A stretch of DNA of 64,000 nucleotides, taken from Pseudomonadota bacterium (GTDB lineage: Bacteria; Pseudomonadota; Alphaproteobacteria; Rhizobiales; Stappiaceae). The stretch spans positions 1,172-65,171 of the forward strand of contig JBCCVB010000012.1 in NCBI GenBank assembly GCA_039195965.1. Direction: 5' to 3'. The notes beneath the pieces were generated by a model. That model saw nothing but the letters and a program-made list of their open reading frames with translations, did not search any database and had not been told where the DNA came from. Each line of letters opens with the position of its first letter. Positions within the stretch are counted from its first letter, which is position 1. The translations under genes and the position numbers were made by a program. Positions 9,638-19,420 of the stretch are shown here, in pieces.

Positions 9638-9822
9638 AACGGCTTTGCCACATATCTGCCATCTGAAATGCGATTTGCGCCGGAATTTTGCCAGAATTTT
9701 GCCATAGCGATACGGCGCTCATTGACTATTCTGACAGGGTACTTGCTGCCTCGGTGTATTTGAGGCCCTTTTTGTAGCAAAGCATTTTTCCCACTGAACT
9801 TTTTTATTAATACTTTTAAGGC

Positions 9823-9855
9823 AACGCCCAGCGGCTCGCCGCTGGGCGTTTTTTT
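9823..9855 (+). terminator. Intrinsic terminator
   Basis: AACGCCCAGCGG-ctcg-CCGCTGGGCGTT followed by a T-run. Confidence 0.85.
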
Positions 9856-9874
9856 ATGCGTAAAGAAATGACAA

Positions 9875-10972
9875 TCAGTCTCTGGCTTCCAGCCAGGTCT
9901 GTGCCCGCGTCATATCTTTTGAGACAAAACCCTCGGCCAGTTTCTTACCAACAACGGCGCCGAACTTGTACCCGTGCCCGGAACAGGCAGAAACAACCGT
10001 TGCCTTGCCGTTGGTTGTCGCGAAAAAATGCTCGTCAGCAGTGAATGTATAGGCGCAAGTGACGACTTCATCGACGCGATACTCACCGATCCGGGCTATT
10101 GGCGGCGAGAAGTAATCGCGCAGTTGCTCGCCCTCGCCCTCCTTCGCGGTTCTGTCCTGATCCGGCTCCGCCTGGTATCTGTGAATTCCAGCTCCGAATT
10201 TCAGGCCGGTTCCCGAGACTGGAGGCAGAACGTAACCGTCATTGGCACCGCCCGGGTCCAGGATGGCGGGAGCCTTCTCCCAAGACTCACGCAAGTCCGC
10301 CGGCGGTGTCAGGTAAACAACCGCAGTTCGGTAAGTATTCAGGCTGATCTGCAACTCGGGGAAAAGCCCGAGGGTCCAGGCGCCTGCTGTTACGATCACA
10401 TGATCGGCAACATGCTTGCTGCCATCCGCCAGCACGACCGCGCCGGCAGAACTGTCGACGGAGGTTGCCTTGTTGTTTTCCAGAACTTGAGCACCGTTCG
10501 CGATAAGCCAGTCCCGCAGATCAGCTGCAATTCTCTGGCAAAGCAGCACGCCACCTTCGCTGCTGACAGCTCCGTAGCGAATGGTCGAGGGATCAATAAA
10601 CGGGAACCTTTCAGCAGTTTCCTCAGGCGACATGTCCTCAAACGGATAGCCGCCATCAATCAGGCCATTCCGATAAACTTCACCGCCGTCGCCCGGTCTC
10701 TGCGACAGCAACATGAAGCCGGTATCTGCGAGGTGCTTACTGCCAAGATCGTCCCACATTTCGTCCCAGGCCTCATAGGCAGCACCTATGCGGCGCTGAT
10801 AGCCGCCCTGGCTACCATAAGCCCGCCGAATGATCCGGTGCTGATCACCTGATGCGGATAGTGGATTGGGAATGGGGCCTTGTTCGACAAGCGTCACCGG
10901 TACGCCCCGTTTGGTCAGCGCCCAGGCAGTGGAAAGACCGGAGATTCCGGCCCCGACAACAATTGTGCTCAT
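9875..10972 (-). CDS. FAD-dependent oxidoreductase, monomeric sarcosine oxidase (MSOX/SolA)-like
   Basis: GAGISG dinucleotide motif, SGDQHRIIRRAYG, TCAYTFTADEHF (Cys at the covalent-FAD position of MSOX) and SGHGYKFG. Confidence 0.85.
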   Translation of the reverse strand: MSTIVVGAGISGLSTAWALTKRGVPVTLVEQGPIPNPLSASGDQHRIIRRAYGSQGGYQRRIGAAYEAWDEMWDDLGSKHLADTGFMLLSQRPGDGGEVYRNGLIDGGYPFEDMSPEETAERFPFIDPSTIRYGAVSSEGGVLLCQRIAADLRDWLIANGAQVLENNKATSVDSSAGAVVLADGSKHVADHVIVTAGAWTLGLFPELQISLNTYRTAVVYLTPPADLRESWEKAPAILDPGGANDGYVLPPVSGTGLKFGAGIHRYQAEPDQDRTAKEGEGEQLRDYFSPPIARIGEYRVDEVVTCAYTFTADEHFFATTNGKATVVSACSGHGYKFGAVVGKKLAEGFVSKDMTRAQTWLEARD

Positions 10973-11089
10973 GAGAAATTTCCTGCGGTATGTCCTCGCA
11001 GATTAGCCGGCAGTCAGTCGAGCACAAGTGGTTATCTCAAGCAAATCGGGCATACCCGTCATACGTCTGTGAGAACCGAAGGGAACACC

Positions 11090-11938
11090 TCAAGCAGCAA
11101 CTGCTCTTCCAACGATTTGACGTCGGATTGATACTTCAGCCTTCTCCAATCCACCATCAGGCGAAATCCAGGCTGGTTCGGCAATCAGCTTTTCGCATTC
11201 AATTCCGACTTGCGGAAAATTCAATCCCATAGAATGGGCGACCGCGACCCTGTCTCCTGGTTTGGGATTAAGCCCGCAACAGACTTCACGCGTGCCCATC
11301 TTCAGATGATGGGCGATATCCCACTCAAGCACCACGCCATTGTGCCGCGTCACGACCCAGCAATGCATGTCGTCACAGCACCCCTTCTTTTCCTCAGGGA
11401 AAAAGTATCCGGTGATGTAACCTGCCTCATAACCGGCTGCTCTCAACGAAGCGATCAGGTAGGTGTTGATGTCCACGCATGATCCTTCGGTCAAGCCACA
11501 TGAGAGATAGGGCACCTCTTCGCAGCCATCGTTGAAGCGCACGTCCGGGTGAGCATATTTGAACTTCTCGGCCACTGCATTGACCAGCGCCTGAATGGCA
11601 GCGTGACCGTCCTGTTCCGTTTCAGCAAGTCTGATGGCCCCTTCCACCAGATCGCGAGCGGCCCTGGTGTATCGGTTGACGACTGGCTTGAAAACTGCGT
11701 CCGGATACCCTGCTCCCCCTTCACGGAAGGTGTATCCAATTTCAATTTGCTGACCGGATACCGGCCTCACGACGGCTGCCATCTGCCCTGTCGAGTTTTC
11801 TCCAGCCAGTGAATAGAGACCGCCCGAGACTTCGAAATGGATCGGCATCTGATGCGGTGTCGGCAATCCGACCGGAACGATCAGCTTTCGAGACGTATCG
11901 GAGTTCGGCTGAACGGTAACCGTGACACGAGTTTGCAT
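11090..11938 (-). CDS. Transglutaminase-like cysteine hydrolase domain protein
   Basis: Cys-His-Asp triad pattern GSCVDIN...LRAAGYEAGYITGY...MHCWV...EWD. Confidence 0.8.
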   Translation of the reverse strand: MQTRVTVTVQPNSDTSRKLIVPVGLPTPHQMPIHFEVSGGLYSLAGENSTGQMAAVVRPVSGQQIEIGYTFREGGAGYPDAVFKPVVNRYTRAARDLVEGAIRLAETEQDGHAAIQALVNAVAEKFKYAHPDVRFNDGCEEVPYLSCGLTEGSCVDINTYLIASLRAAGYEAGYITGYFFPEEKKGCCDDMHCWVVTRHNGVVLEWDIAHHLKMGTREVCCGLNPKPGDRVAVAHSMGLNFPQVGIECEKLIAEPAWISPDGGLEKAEVSIRRQIVGRAVAA

Positions 11939-11948
11939 GTTTCTACAC

Positions 11949-13064
11949 TTAGATCACGAGCTGAAAGACAAGACCGGAAAGAACCGCGCCGACAAAACCA
12001 AGTCCGAGATACATGGCGAAGACCTGAGGCTTCACCAGGGACCAGACCGCTGCCATTGCCGGAATGGAGCTGACCGCACCCGCGATCATGAACGCCATTG
12101 CGGCACCGGCGCTCATGCCCTGATCCATAAGACCTGCAAGCAAGGGCGGTGCAACGTAGCTGTTAAGATAGGCCGGCATCCCGACGAGAGCCGAGATGAC
12201 AATCGACCCGAGGCCGTCTCCTCCGACGACACCTGCGATCAGATCTGCCGGCACATAGGTGACCAGCGCTGCTTCCAGCACATAGGCAAGTGCCAGCCAC
12301 TTCACCAGAAAAAGCGCATTTGACTTCAACTCGCTGGAGAACCTGTCCTTGCGCTCTTCTTCCTGCCAGAATTTCCAGACAGGCCGCCCCGTCAGCGGGG
12401 AAGCTCCGCAGCCGCAGCCTCCTGCGGATGAGCCGACCTTGACCGGATTGGCAAAAGCGCCGGTGCGCAAAAGCATCGAAATCAGAAAACCGCCAAAGAG
12501 CCCGAGAGCAACCGCGAAAGCGGCCTTGCCGATGGCAAACGGCCAGCCCAGAGCACCTGCCGTGATCAGCAGCGTCGGCGGATCAATCAACGGTGATGAC
12601 AACCAGAAGGCCATGATCGCGGACAACGGCGCTCCGACAGCAAGAAGACCTGCGATAAAGGGAATAACTTCACAGGAACAGAAGGGTGCCAGTCCGCCGA
12701 ACAGCGCGGCCAGAAAGATCGCCTGTGTTTCCCGTCCTTCAAATGCCTTGCCGACGTAAGCCTCCGCACCGGCTGCCTTGAGCCAAGCAATCAGTGCAAC
12801 AGCAAAAGCGATATAGGGAAGCGTTCCGGCAAAGGCCGAGATTGCGAAGGAAACAAACCCGGTGAACTGAGTCTGATCGAGCAGGAGAACCAGGAGCGGC
12901 CCGCCGATGACGATCGTCCATGTCGAAAGGAGATAGTCCCTGCCCGGGAAATTCTTCCAAGACAATTTGGGTTTGGTCGGTGCGCAACTGGTTGATTTCG
13001 CCGAAGAACAGCAAGTCTCCCCTGCACTTTCCGCCACTGCAATGTTCTCAAGAGTGTCCGCCAT
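11949..13064 (-). CDS. ArsP/DUF318-type permease
   Basis: Two internally repeated TM halves, with PFCSCEVIP and AFWLSSPLIDP, and Cys clusters TCC and GCGC. Confidence 0.85.
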   Translation of the reverse strand: MADTLENIAVAESAGETCCSSAKSTSCAPTKPKLSWKNFPGRDYLLSTWTIVIGGPLLVLLLDQTQFTGFVSFAISAFAGTLPYIAFAVALIAWLKAAGAEAYVGKAFEGRETQAIFLAALFGGLAPFCSCEVIPFIAGLLAVGAPLSAIMAFWLSSPLIDPPTLLITAGALGWPFAIGKAAFAVALGLFGGFLISMLLRTGAFANPVKVGSSAGGCGCGASPLTGRPVWKFWQEEERKDRFSSELKSNALFLVKWLALAYVLEAALVTYVPADLIAGVVGGDGLGSIVISALVGMPAYLNSYVAPPLLAGLMDQGMSAGAAMAFMIAGAVSSIPAMAAVWSLVKPQVFAMYLGLGFVGAVLSGLVFQLVI

Positions 13065-13083
13065 CTGAGATCTCCTTTGGCGC

Positions 13084-13386
13084 CTACGGACGAATGCCGT
13101 CTTCGTCTGCGCAACATTCCTTGAGAATGTAGCCAGCCAGGTTCTCCAGGTGATCGAACGCCGCCCGGTTGATCACCGACCGCCCGTCCTTTTCCTGCTG
13201 GACCAGCCCTGCGGAGGATAGAAACTTCAGATGGTGTGCCAACGTGGACGCAGCCATTCCCGTGCGGGACTGGATATCACCAACGGTCAATCCTTTGTGC
13301 CCTGCCTTCACCAGTGTAAGCACCACCTGCAGCCGGGCTTCGGAGCCCAGCGCAGCAAACCCCTGAGCCGCTTCTTCCAGAACCAT
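13084..13386 (-). CDS. ArsR/SmtB family repressor with C-terminal vicinal Cys pair
   Basis: FAALGSEARL...STLAHHLKFLSSAGLV...ILKECC. ATG 13386 has a GAGG RBS. Confidence 0.9.
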   Translation of the reverse strand: MVLEEAAQGFAALGSEARLQVVLTLVKAGHKGLTVGDIQSRTGMAASTLAHHLKFLSSAGLVQQEKDGRSVINRAAFDHLENLAGYILKECCADEDGIRP

Positions 13387-13400
13387 TCTCGCCTCACTCA

Positions 13401-13424
13401 ATATAACTATAATTCTAGTTATAT
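13401..13424. promoter_or_regulatory. Putative ArsR operator
   Basis: Inverted repeat ATATAACTA-taattc-TAGTTATAT immediately upstream of arsR. Confidence 0.65.
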
Positions 13425-13515
13425 AGTTATTTTTGATTTGTCAACGAGCTCAGGCCTTTTCAGAGGCATGGATTTCAATTGTGGCGGTACGATTGTTGGC
13501 GAGGCTTAAGGCCGA

Positions 13516-14322
13516 CTACGCATTGTTGGCCAGAATTTCCTCAACAAGCTGAATGAGTTCAGCCGACTTCCTGTCATCCAGACCTGCCGGATGAGGGTTG
13601 GAGAAGCGGCCGCTGTCATTGTCAAAATATTGGCCACTTGCATTTGAGAACTCTTCAGAGAGCGCGGCCCGCACCAGTATATCTGCACCTATGCGCAGAT
13701 CATTTCCGGCGACCCCGAACCCCTCTTTCACCATCTTGCTGGCCAGCAACGAGCCTGGATTGACCGCAATCACGGAAGGTCCTTGTCCCGCAAGCTCATT
13801 TGCTACGGATCGGGTCCACATTGTCAGCGCCAGTTTGCTTTGTGCATATGCATCCATGGCAGACAATTTCATGCGCCCGGCCAGTGCCTCGGTGCTCACC
13901 GGCGCCTGCGCAGCCGAAGACAGGTTGATCACTCGTCCATCTGAATTCATCAGCTGCAACAAGCGACTGGTGAGCAGGTAAGGCGCCAGGAGATTAACGA
14001 CAAACCGAACATCCAATCCTTCCGCTGTCGTCTCATGCGGCGTGTGAAAGATACCGGCATTGTTGATCAGGACGTCGATCCTGCCATGCTTTCCCGCTAT
14101 GTCTTCTGCCAGTTTCCGCACATCCGACAATCGGGAAAAGTCTGCAAGATACCCCTCGATGCTGCCTTGTCCCGGAATGTCGAGCAGCCTGGACTTGGCG
14201 GCATCCAATTTGGAAGGATTGCGCCCATGCAGCAGCAGGGAATGCCCTTTTGAGCGAAGCTGTTTTGCCGTCTCAAGGCCGATACCGTCGGTTGCGCCGG
14301 TCAATAGAATGATTTTTTCCAT
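13516..14322 (-). CDS. SDR family oxidoreductase
   Basis: TGATDGIG, LINNAG and YAQSK. Confidence 0.9.
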   Translation of the reverse strand: MEKIILLTGATDGIGLETAKQLRSKGHSLLLHGRNPSKLDAAKSRLLDIPGQGSIEGYLADFSRLSDVRKLAEDIAGKHGRIDVLINNAGIFHTPHETTAEGLDVRFVVNLLAPYLLTSRLLQLMNSDGRVINLSSAAQAPVSTEALAGRMKLSAMDAYAQSKLALTMWTRSVANELAGQGPSVIAVNPGSLLASKMVKEGFGVAGNDLRIGADILVRAALSEEFSNASGQYFDNDSGRFSNPHPAGLDDRKSAELIQLVEEILANNA

Positions 14323-14334
14323 GTTAGTTCTCCC

Positions 14335-15381
14335 TCAGACCCGAAAGTCCGGCAACAGCTCGTCGGCAAGCAGGTTCAATGTCCGCTCCATCTTTGTCTC
14401 ATTGAAACGCAGATTCAGGGCAACATGATTGACGCCAAATGCCTCCAGTGACTTCAGATAGGTTCGCAAGTGATTGACACCCAGCCTGAACCCGAGATGG
14501 ATCGGCCGGGGTGTAGCATCTGGCTCTTCTGCCAGATCAACATAAAGTGGCTGCATGACGGGTTTGTCGTACGCCCCTGCCGACATCACCCGCCGGCGCC
14601 ATTCGGCTACGACGTGCTCTTGCACATCCAGCCTGCGCGGATAAGTCATCCAGCCATCACCGTTTCCGGCGATCCACTCCGGATCTTGCTGACTGCCCCC
14701 GGTTACCAGCATCGGCAATTTTCCCGCAACTGGTTTCGGAAGCATATCAATGGCACCGCTTAGTTTCCCGAATGCGTTTTCGAATGCAGGGTCCTTTGCT
14801 GCCATTTCACGAATGTATGCAAAGCTCTCCCTGAACCGCTCTCCCCGACTTTCAAAGGCAAGGTCGAGTGCGGGATACTCCTCGGGCCGGTCGCCCGATG
14901 CAACACCCAGGATCAACCTTCCTCCGGAGAGTACATCCACGCTGCTTGCGGCCTTGGCAATATGAGCCGGATGGCGCAAGGGCAGAACAATGCTGGCAAC
15001 ACCAAGAGCAATCCTGTCGGTCGCCGCGGCCAGGTATCCCAGATATACAAACGGATCAAATATCTGACCCGCATCCCCAAAAGAGGGAACGTTGAAGGGC
15101 ACATCTCGCAGCCAGACGGCCGCAAACCCAAGTTGCTCCACCAGCTTCACCCGCTCCAGATGCTCCGTCATTTGCGGGACCGGATGGATGCCATAGCTTT
15201 CAAGCGGCAACACAAGACCAACGCTCAACCTGTTCTGCTTGAACACGGAATTGTAGCCTCGGTTGATCGTTTCGAAACCGATGTTTTCCGGACGATTGAG
15301 CACGGCACACTCCTTTCGCAAAGTCTTGCCTTCTCGGTGGAGATCTATCCTGCGAGCATATGCGGCCCAGGGCATTGTCAT
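14335..15381 (-). CDS. LLM-class flavin-dependent oxidoreductase (luciferase-like)
   Basis: WLRDVPF...FGDAGQIFDP and LGVASGDRPEEY. The true start may be about 15303. Confidence 0.85.
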   Translation of the reverse strand: MTMPWAAYARRIDLHREGKTLRKECAVLNRPENIGFETINRGYNSVFKQNRLSVGLVLPLESYGIHPVPQMTEHLERVKLVEQLGFAAVWLRDVPFNVPSFGDAGQIFDPFVYLGYLAAATDRIALGVASIVLPLRHPAHIAKAASSVDVLSGGRLILGVASGDRPEEYPALDLAFESRGERFRESFAYIREMAAKDPAFENAFGKLSGAIDMLPKPVAGKLPMLVTGGSQQDPEWIAGNGDGWMTYPRRLDVQEHVVAEWRRRVMSAGAYDKPVMQPLYVDLAEEPDATPRPIHLGFRLGVNHLRTYLKSLEAFGVNHVALNLRFNETKMERTLNLLADELLPDFRV

Positions 15382-15504
15382 TTGGCCCTGGAACTCGGCT
15401 GCAACGCGACACCGGAGTGCTGTTCGTTCCGCAGCAATCCCGGTATCGCGCAGCAGAAACGGCTACCGCTCCAGAAATTCGCAGCCGTAACTCAACCGCA
15501 GCTA

Positions 15505-15807
15505 TCAGGCGAGGTCGTCCTTGCCTTCGATCAGGAAATGGAAGCTGTTCGACCCTGCAGTTCGCGCTTTCAGATGCGGCGCATATTCCAGGTCATTCAT
15601 GAAATTGACAGCGGCTTCCTTTGACGGCCACTCGATCACGATACGCAGTGCTGCGTCCTGCGCCTCACCTTCAAGCTGCTCGTGACTGGAAGTTCGCGCC
15701 AGATATTTACCGCCATATTGGGCAACCAGTTTGTTGGCCGGGCCGATATAATCCGGAATCCAGTCTTCAGTGGTCGGAGTAACAGCAAGAACAGAGAAGT
15801 AAGCCAT
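15505..15807 (-). CDS. DUF1330 domain protein
   Basis: VAQYGGKYLAR...LEG...IVIEWPSKEAA...Y. Confidence 0.85.
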   Translation of the reverse strand: MAYFSVLAVTPTTEDWIPDYIGPANKLVAQYGGKYLARTSSHEQLEGEAQDAALRIVIEWPSKEAAVNFMNDLEYAPHLKARTAGSNSFHFLIEGKDDLA

Positions 15808-15853
15808 GTTGGTAGCCTTTCCTTTATATAACCAATTGGTTCAGATATTTGGA

Positions 15854-16204
15854 TTAACGCGCAAAACCGTTAAACGGCTTGAGGAGCTTCGGCGCCAACG
15901 CGGCATGCCGCTCACGCAACTCATCGGGTAGATTTCCCAGGTGCACCATGCGAGTAGCCGGAGCAGCTGCGGTCCAACGTTCCGCAAAGTTGTCCCAGTT
16001 GGAGACATGGATATGTGCCGATTCAACGTTTGCGAAACGCTCGTAGACCAGCACGTCGCCATCGTCGGAAACGTAGTATTGGTAGTTCAGCGTGCCGCCT
16101 TCCTTACGGGTCTGCGCCACGATCTCCTCGACCACTGCTTCAAATTCGGCACGTGCGCCGTCCTTGATCTTTGCTTCGACAATCCAGCCGATATTTTCGA
16201 ACAT
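15854..16204 (-). CDS. Antibiotic biosynthesis monooxygenase (ABM) family protein
   Basis: EGGTLNYQYY...YERF...AHIH dimeric alpha-beta barrel pattern. Confidence 0.8.
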   Translation of the reverse strand: MFENIGWIVEAKIKDGARAEFEAVVEEIVAQTRKEGGTLNYQYYVSDDGDVLVYERFANVESAHIHVSNWDNFAERWTAAAPATRMVHLGNLPDELRERHAALAPKLLKPFNGFAR

Positions 16205-16339
16205 TGAATTCACCTCTTTCCCACGCTCGGCGCTGTGCCGTTCAGTCATCATCAGCGCGACGACAGGAAAATAACCATCTTGAAAAGAGGTATAAATACC
16301 TAGAAAATGAGTTCACAATTCGCTTTTTGGATATAATAA

Positions 16340-17248
16340 ATGGACACTTACAGCTTGCGTCTTTTCGTACTGGCGGCAGAAAAACTGAACATCAGCGCTG
16401 CCGGCCGTGAACTCGGCATGCCCCCGGCGGTGGCAAGCAGCCGGCTTGCCAAATTGGAACGAACCTTAGGGGCCGACCTGCTGCATCGCTCTACGCGTAA
16501 AGTGGCCCTGTCTCTGGAAGGATCCGAATTTCTCCCCTTCTCAAGGGAAATGCTCGCTCAGGAAGATGCAGCAAAGGCTGCTCTCGGACTGGGCAACAAA
16601 TTTGCATCGGGAACATTGAGATTTGCCGCGTCCAGCACATTTTCGCAACTCTACATCGTCCCGTTGCTTCCGGAGTTTCTTGACCTTCATCCCGGCATCG
16701 ATCTCGATTTAAGGTTGTCAGACACACCGTTTGATCTGATCGAGGGAAGCTTCGATCTGGCGTTGCGCAACACTGCTCTTGAAGACACAAGTCTGAAAGG
16801 ACGCAAGCTTGCAGACGACAAACGCATCTTATGCGCATCACCGGACTATCTGGAGCGACACGGCATTCCTGATGAACCTGACGACTTGAGAACCCATCAC
16901 CTTCTGGCGTTCAGAAATCAGGCTGAAAAACAGCTCGTCGCGCCGGACGGAAAGACCGGTAGCTACGATCCGCGCGCATCCAAATGCCGACTGGTGATGG
17001 ATGACGGCCTAAGTCAAAAACTGGCAACGGTTGCAGGTGCCGGCATCTCGATGAATTCACTCTGGAGCGTCCACGAGGAAATCAATCGCGGTTCTCTGGT
17101 GAAGGTTCTGCCCGACTATCAGGTCAACGATCAATCGGTTCTCTGGCTTGTCTATCCGAAGTCCAACGTACTGACGGCCAAGGTCCGCGTTTTCATTGAC
17201 TTCCTGCTGGAAAAAATCGGCCGAAATCCGGTTTGGGAGATGACATAG
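16340..17248 (+). CDS. LysR family transcriptional regulator
   Basis: N-terminal LysR HTH (ISAAGRELG...SSRLAKLERTLGADLLHRSTR). Divergent from the ABM-DUF1330-LLM-SDR cluster. Confidence 0.95.
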   Translation: MDTYSLRLFVLAAEKLNISAAGRELGMPPAVASSRLAKLERTLGADLLHRSTRKVALSLEGSEFLPFSREMLAQEDAAKAALGLGNKFASGTLRFAASSTFSQLYIVPLLPEFLDLHPGIDLDLRLSDTPFDLIEGSFDLALRNTALEDTSLKGRKLADDKRILCASPDYLERHGIPDEPDDLRTHHLLAFRNQAEKQLVAPDGKTGSYDPRASKCRLVMDDGLSQKLATVAGAGISMNSLWSVHEEINRGSLVKVLPDYQVNDQSVLWLVYPKSNVLTAKVRVFIDFLLEKIGRNPVWEMT

Positions 17249-17475
17249 AAGAGCTGAAGAAGCGTACCGACACACACACTAAAATTGTGGGCGACCTAAA
17301 AACCCAGGCATCTTTCATCAATGCTTCCATTGAAGTGCATCCCTCAGTTTTTGCTGAATGGTCGGGATTGAATTGTGTCGATGGACAATCCCTGTGCTGG
17401 TCTTGCCGCCTACTGGACGGTTGAGCGCCTTTATGGATTGGCGCTTTCAATCTGACCGATTTCTCCTGGTGCGGA

Positions 17476-18051
17476 TCATTTCACCGCACGGTCAACCAGC
17501 GCCCTTGCCGCTTCGCCTGCCGCTTCCGCATAGTCCGCGTCGCGATGAACGAGAATGGTTGAAAAGGCCCCATCCAACAGAAGGACCACTTGGCGCGACA
17601 AAGCCGCAGCATCGTCCAACTCCCGCCTTTCAAATTCTTCTGCCAGCCAGAGTTCAAACTTCTTCTTGTGTGCTGCTCCGACCTTCATTGCCGGATGCCC
17701 GGGCATATTTGCGAGCTCCGCCGCCGTTCGCAGGAAGCCGCAGCCCTTCCACTTCGGATGACGTGCCGCAGTGGCGATCTGGTAAAAAATCGCGGCAACC
17801 TTGTCCGCCAGGCGACCGTCAGCTTCTTCAAACCATTTCCGATAGAGCGCCAGGTTGGGTTGATCGCGGGACGCCAGATAGGCTTCGACAAGATCATCCT
17901 TGCTTTTAAAATGGTAATAGACGGTTTTCTTGGTGATACCCGCCTTTTCCGCGATGTTGTCGAGGCTGACCGCCCGAATTCCCTCGGCGTAAAACAGCCT
18001 GTTGGCAGCCGTCAGGATCCGGTCACGGGCACTGGGAGTTTGTCTATTCAT
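17476..18051 (-). CDS. TetR/AcrR family transcriptional regulator
   Basis: ARDRILTAA...FYAEGI...IAEKAGITKKTVYYHFKSKDDL. Confidence 0.95.
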   Translation of the reverse strand: MNRQTPSARDRILTAANRLFYAEGIRAVSLDNIAEKAGITKKTVYYHFKSKDDLVEAYLASRDQPNLALYRKWFEEADGRLADKVAAIFYQIATAARHPKWKGCGFLRTAAELANMPGHPAMKVGAAHKKKFELWLAEEFERRELDDAAALSRQVVLLLDGAFSTILVHRDADYAEAAGEAARALVDRAVK

Positions 18052-18056
18052 GATCA

Positions 18057-18082
18057 AAGTATACTCACCAGTGAATATACTT
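18057..18082. promoter_or_regulatory. Putative TetR operator
   Basis: AAGTATACTCAC-ca-GTGAATATACTT, a 12-2-12 inverted repeat with one mismatch, between the divergent tetR and hydratase genes. Confidence 0.65.
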
Positions 18083-18138
18083 CAATCATTGAGATCGCTA
18101 GCCTCCCCTCACCGAAACATGCCCAGGGAGATGCAGAA

Positions 18139-18957
18139 ATGACGAACACGATCCTTTTCGAGCAACGAGACGCCGTAGCGCTTTTGACGATCAACCGACC
18201 GGAAAAACTAAATGCACTGAATTATGAAACCAACGATCTCATCGTGCAGCACCTGGATGAAATTGAAAGAAACGACGCACTACGCGCCGTCGTGATCACA
18301 GGTGCCGGCCACAGGGCGTTTTCGGCCGGTGGCGACATTCATGAGTTTGCCGAGAGCATCAAGGCTGGTCCGGATATTGCCGTGCGCGATTTCTGTCGGC
18401 GGGGTCAACGAATGACCGGGCGACTGGAAGCCTTTTCCAAGCCGATCATTGCTGCAGTCAACGGCCTGGCCTATGGCGGTGGCTGCGAAATCACCGAGGC
18501 TGTTCACCTGGCGGTCGCCAGCGAAACAGCTCTTTTTGCAAAGCCGGAAATCAACATCGGCATCCCGCCCACATTTGGCGGCACCCAGCGCCTTCCCCGC
18601 CTGGCAGGGCGAAAGCGTGCGCTGGAACTTCTCCTGACGGGAGACAGCTTCACCGCTGCTCGCGCCCATGAACTTGGATTGGTAAATGCAGTTGTTTCAC
18701 CTGGAAAGGTTCTCGAAACGGCATTCGAGATGGCCGAACGCATATTGCGCCATTCGCCCCATGCGGCAGCCCGTATCCTTTCAGCCGTCACCAGGGGCCT
18801 GAACACGAGCATCGCGGAAGGCTTGTCGATTGAATGCGAGCAATTTGCCCGCATGACGGCAACCTCAGACGTCCACGAGGGGCTGAACGCCTGGATCGAG
18901 CGAAGGTCGCCAAACTACGATCAATCACAAGGAAAGCATGAGGTCACTCTGCCCTGA
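18139..18957 (+). CDS. Enoyl-CoA hydratase/isomerase (crotonase) family protein
   Basis: AFSAGGDI, AAVNGLAYGGGCE and PEINIGIPPTFGG. Start taken at ATG 18139. Confidence 0.9.
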   Translation: MTNTILFEQRDAVALLTINRPEKLNALNYETNDLIVQHLDEIERNDALRAVVITGAGHRAFSAGGDIHEFAESIKAGPDIAVRDFCRRGQRMTGRLEAFSKPIIAAVNGLAYGGGCEITEAVHLAVASETALFAKPEINIGIPPTFGGTQRLPRLAGRKRALELLLTGDSFTAARAHELGLVNAVVSPGKVLETAFEMAERILRHSPHAAARILSAVTRGLNTSIAEGLSIECEQFARMTATSDVHEGLNAWIERRSPNYDQSQGKHEVTLP

Positions 18958-18967
18958 AGCAGAATGC

Positions 18968-19420
18968 TCAAGCTTCTTGCGAGGCCTTGTCCGATTTCCC
19001 TTCGCCAGGTTCCCGGTTCACCTGATCAATCCAGTTTTGCAGATTGTAGTAGGTTGTTATGCGGGCAATCTGACCGTCGCGGATTTCAAAGAAACTACCC
19101 GCCGGCAAATCGTAAGTCTGCCCGTTGGCAGGCGGCAGACCTTCGTCTGTGTTGATATAGGTGCCATGAACGATGAACTCCGCCGCCGCACGCGTGCCTT
19201 CTTCATTGACGAACAAGACGATGTCGGAAAGCCGCTCCTTGTAACAACGGGTCATGTGGACATTGAAAGACCAGAACTTGTCCTTGCCGATCCGCCGTTC
19301 GCCCTGATTGACGTCGTGGATCAGGTCTTCAGAGACCAGGCTTTCCATTTTCTTGGTATCGCCGGCATTGAAAGCGGCGAAGTAAGTGTCGATCAGAAAC
19401 CGGGACTGCTTGTTGGGCAT
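18968..19420 (-). CDS. Ketosteroid isomerase-related (SnoaL/NTF2-like) protein
   Basis: YFAAFNAGD...HDVNQG...AAAEFIVHGTY...YYNLQNW. Confidence 0.85.
   Translation of the reverse strand: MPNKQSRFLIDTYFAAFNAGDTKKMESLVSEDLIHDVNQGERRIGKDKFWSFNVHMTRCYKERLSDIVLFVNEEGTRAAAEFIVHGTYINTDEGLPPANGQTYDLPAGSFFEIRDGQIARITTYYNLQNWIDQVNREPGEGKSDKASQEA

Noticed and set aside
9671-9766. 31-codon ORF (MRFAPEFCQN...) after the HTH-helical protein as a signalling peptide
   Set aside because: It has no RBS and no signal-peptide or repeat-peptide character.
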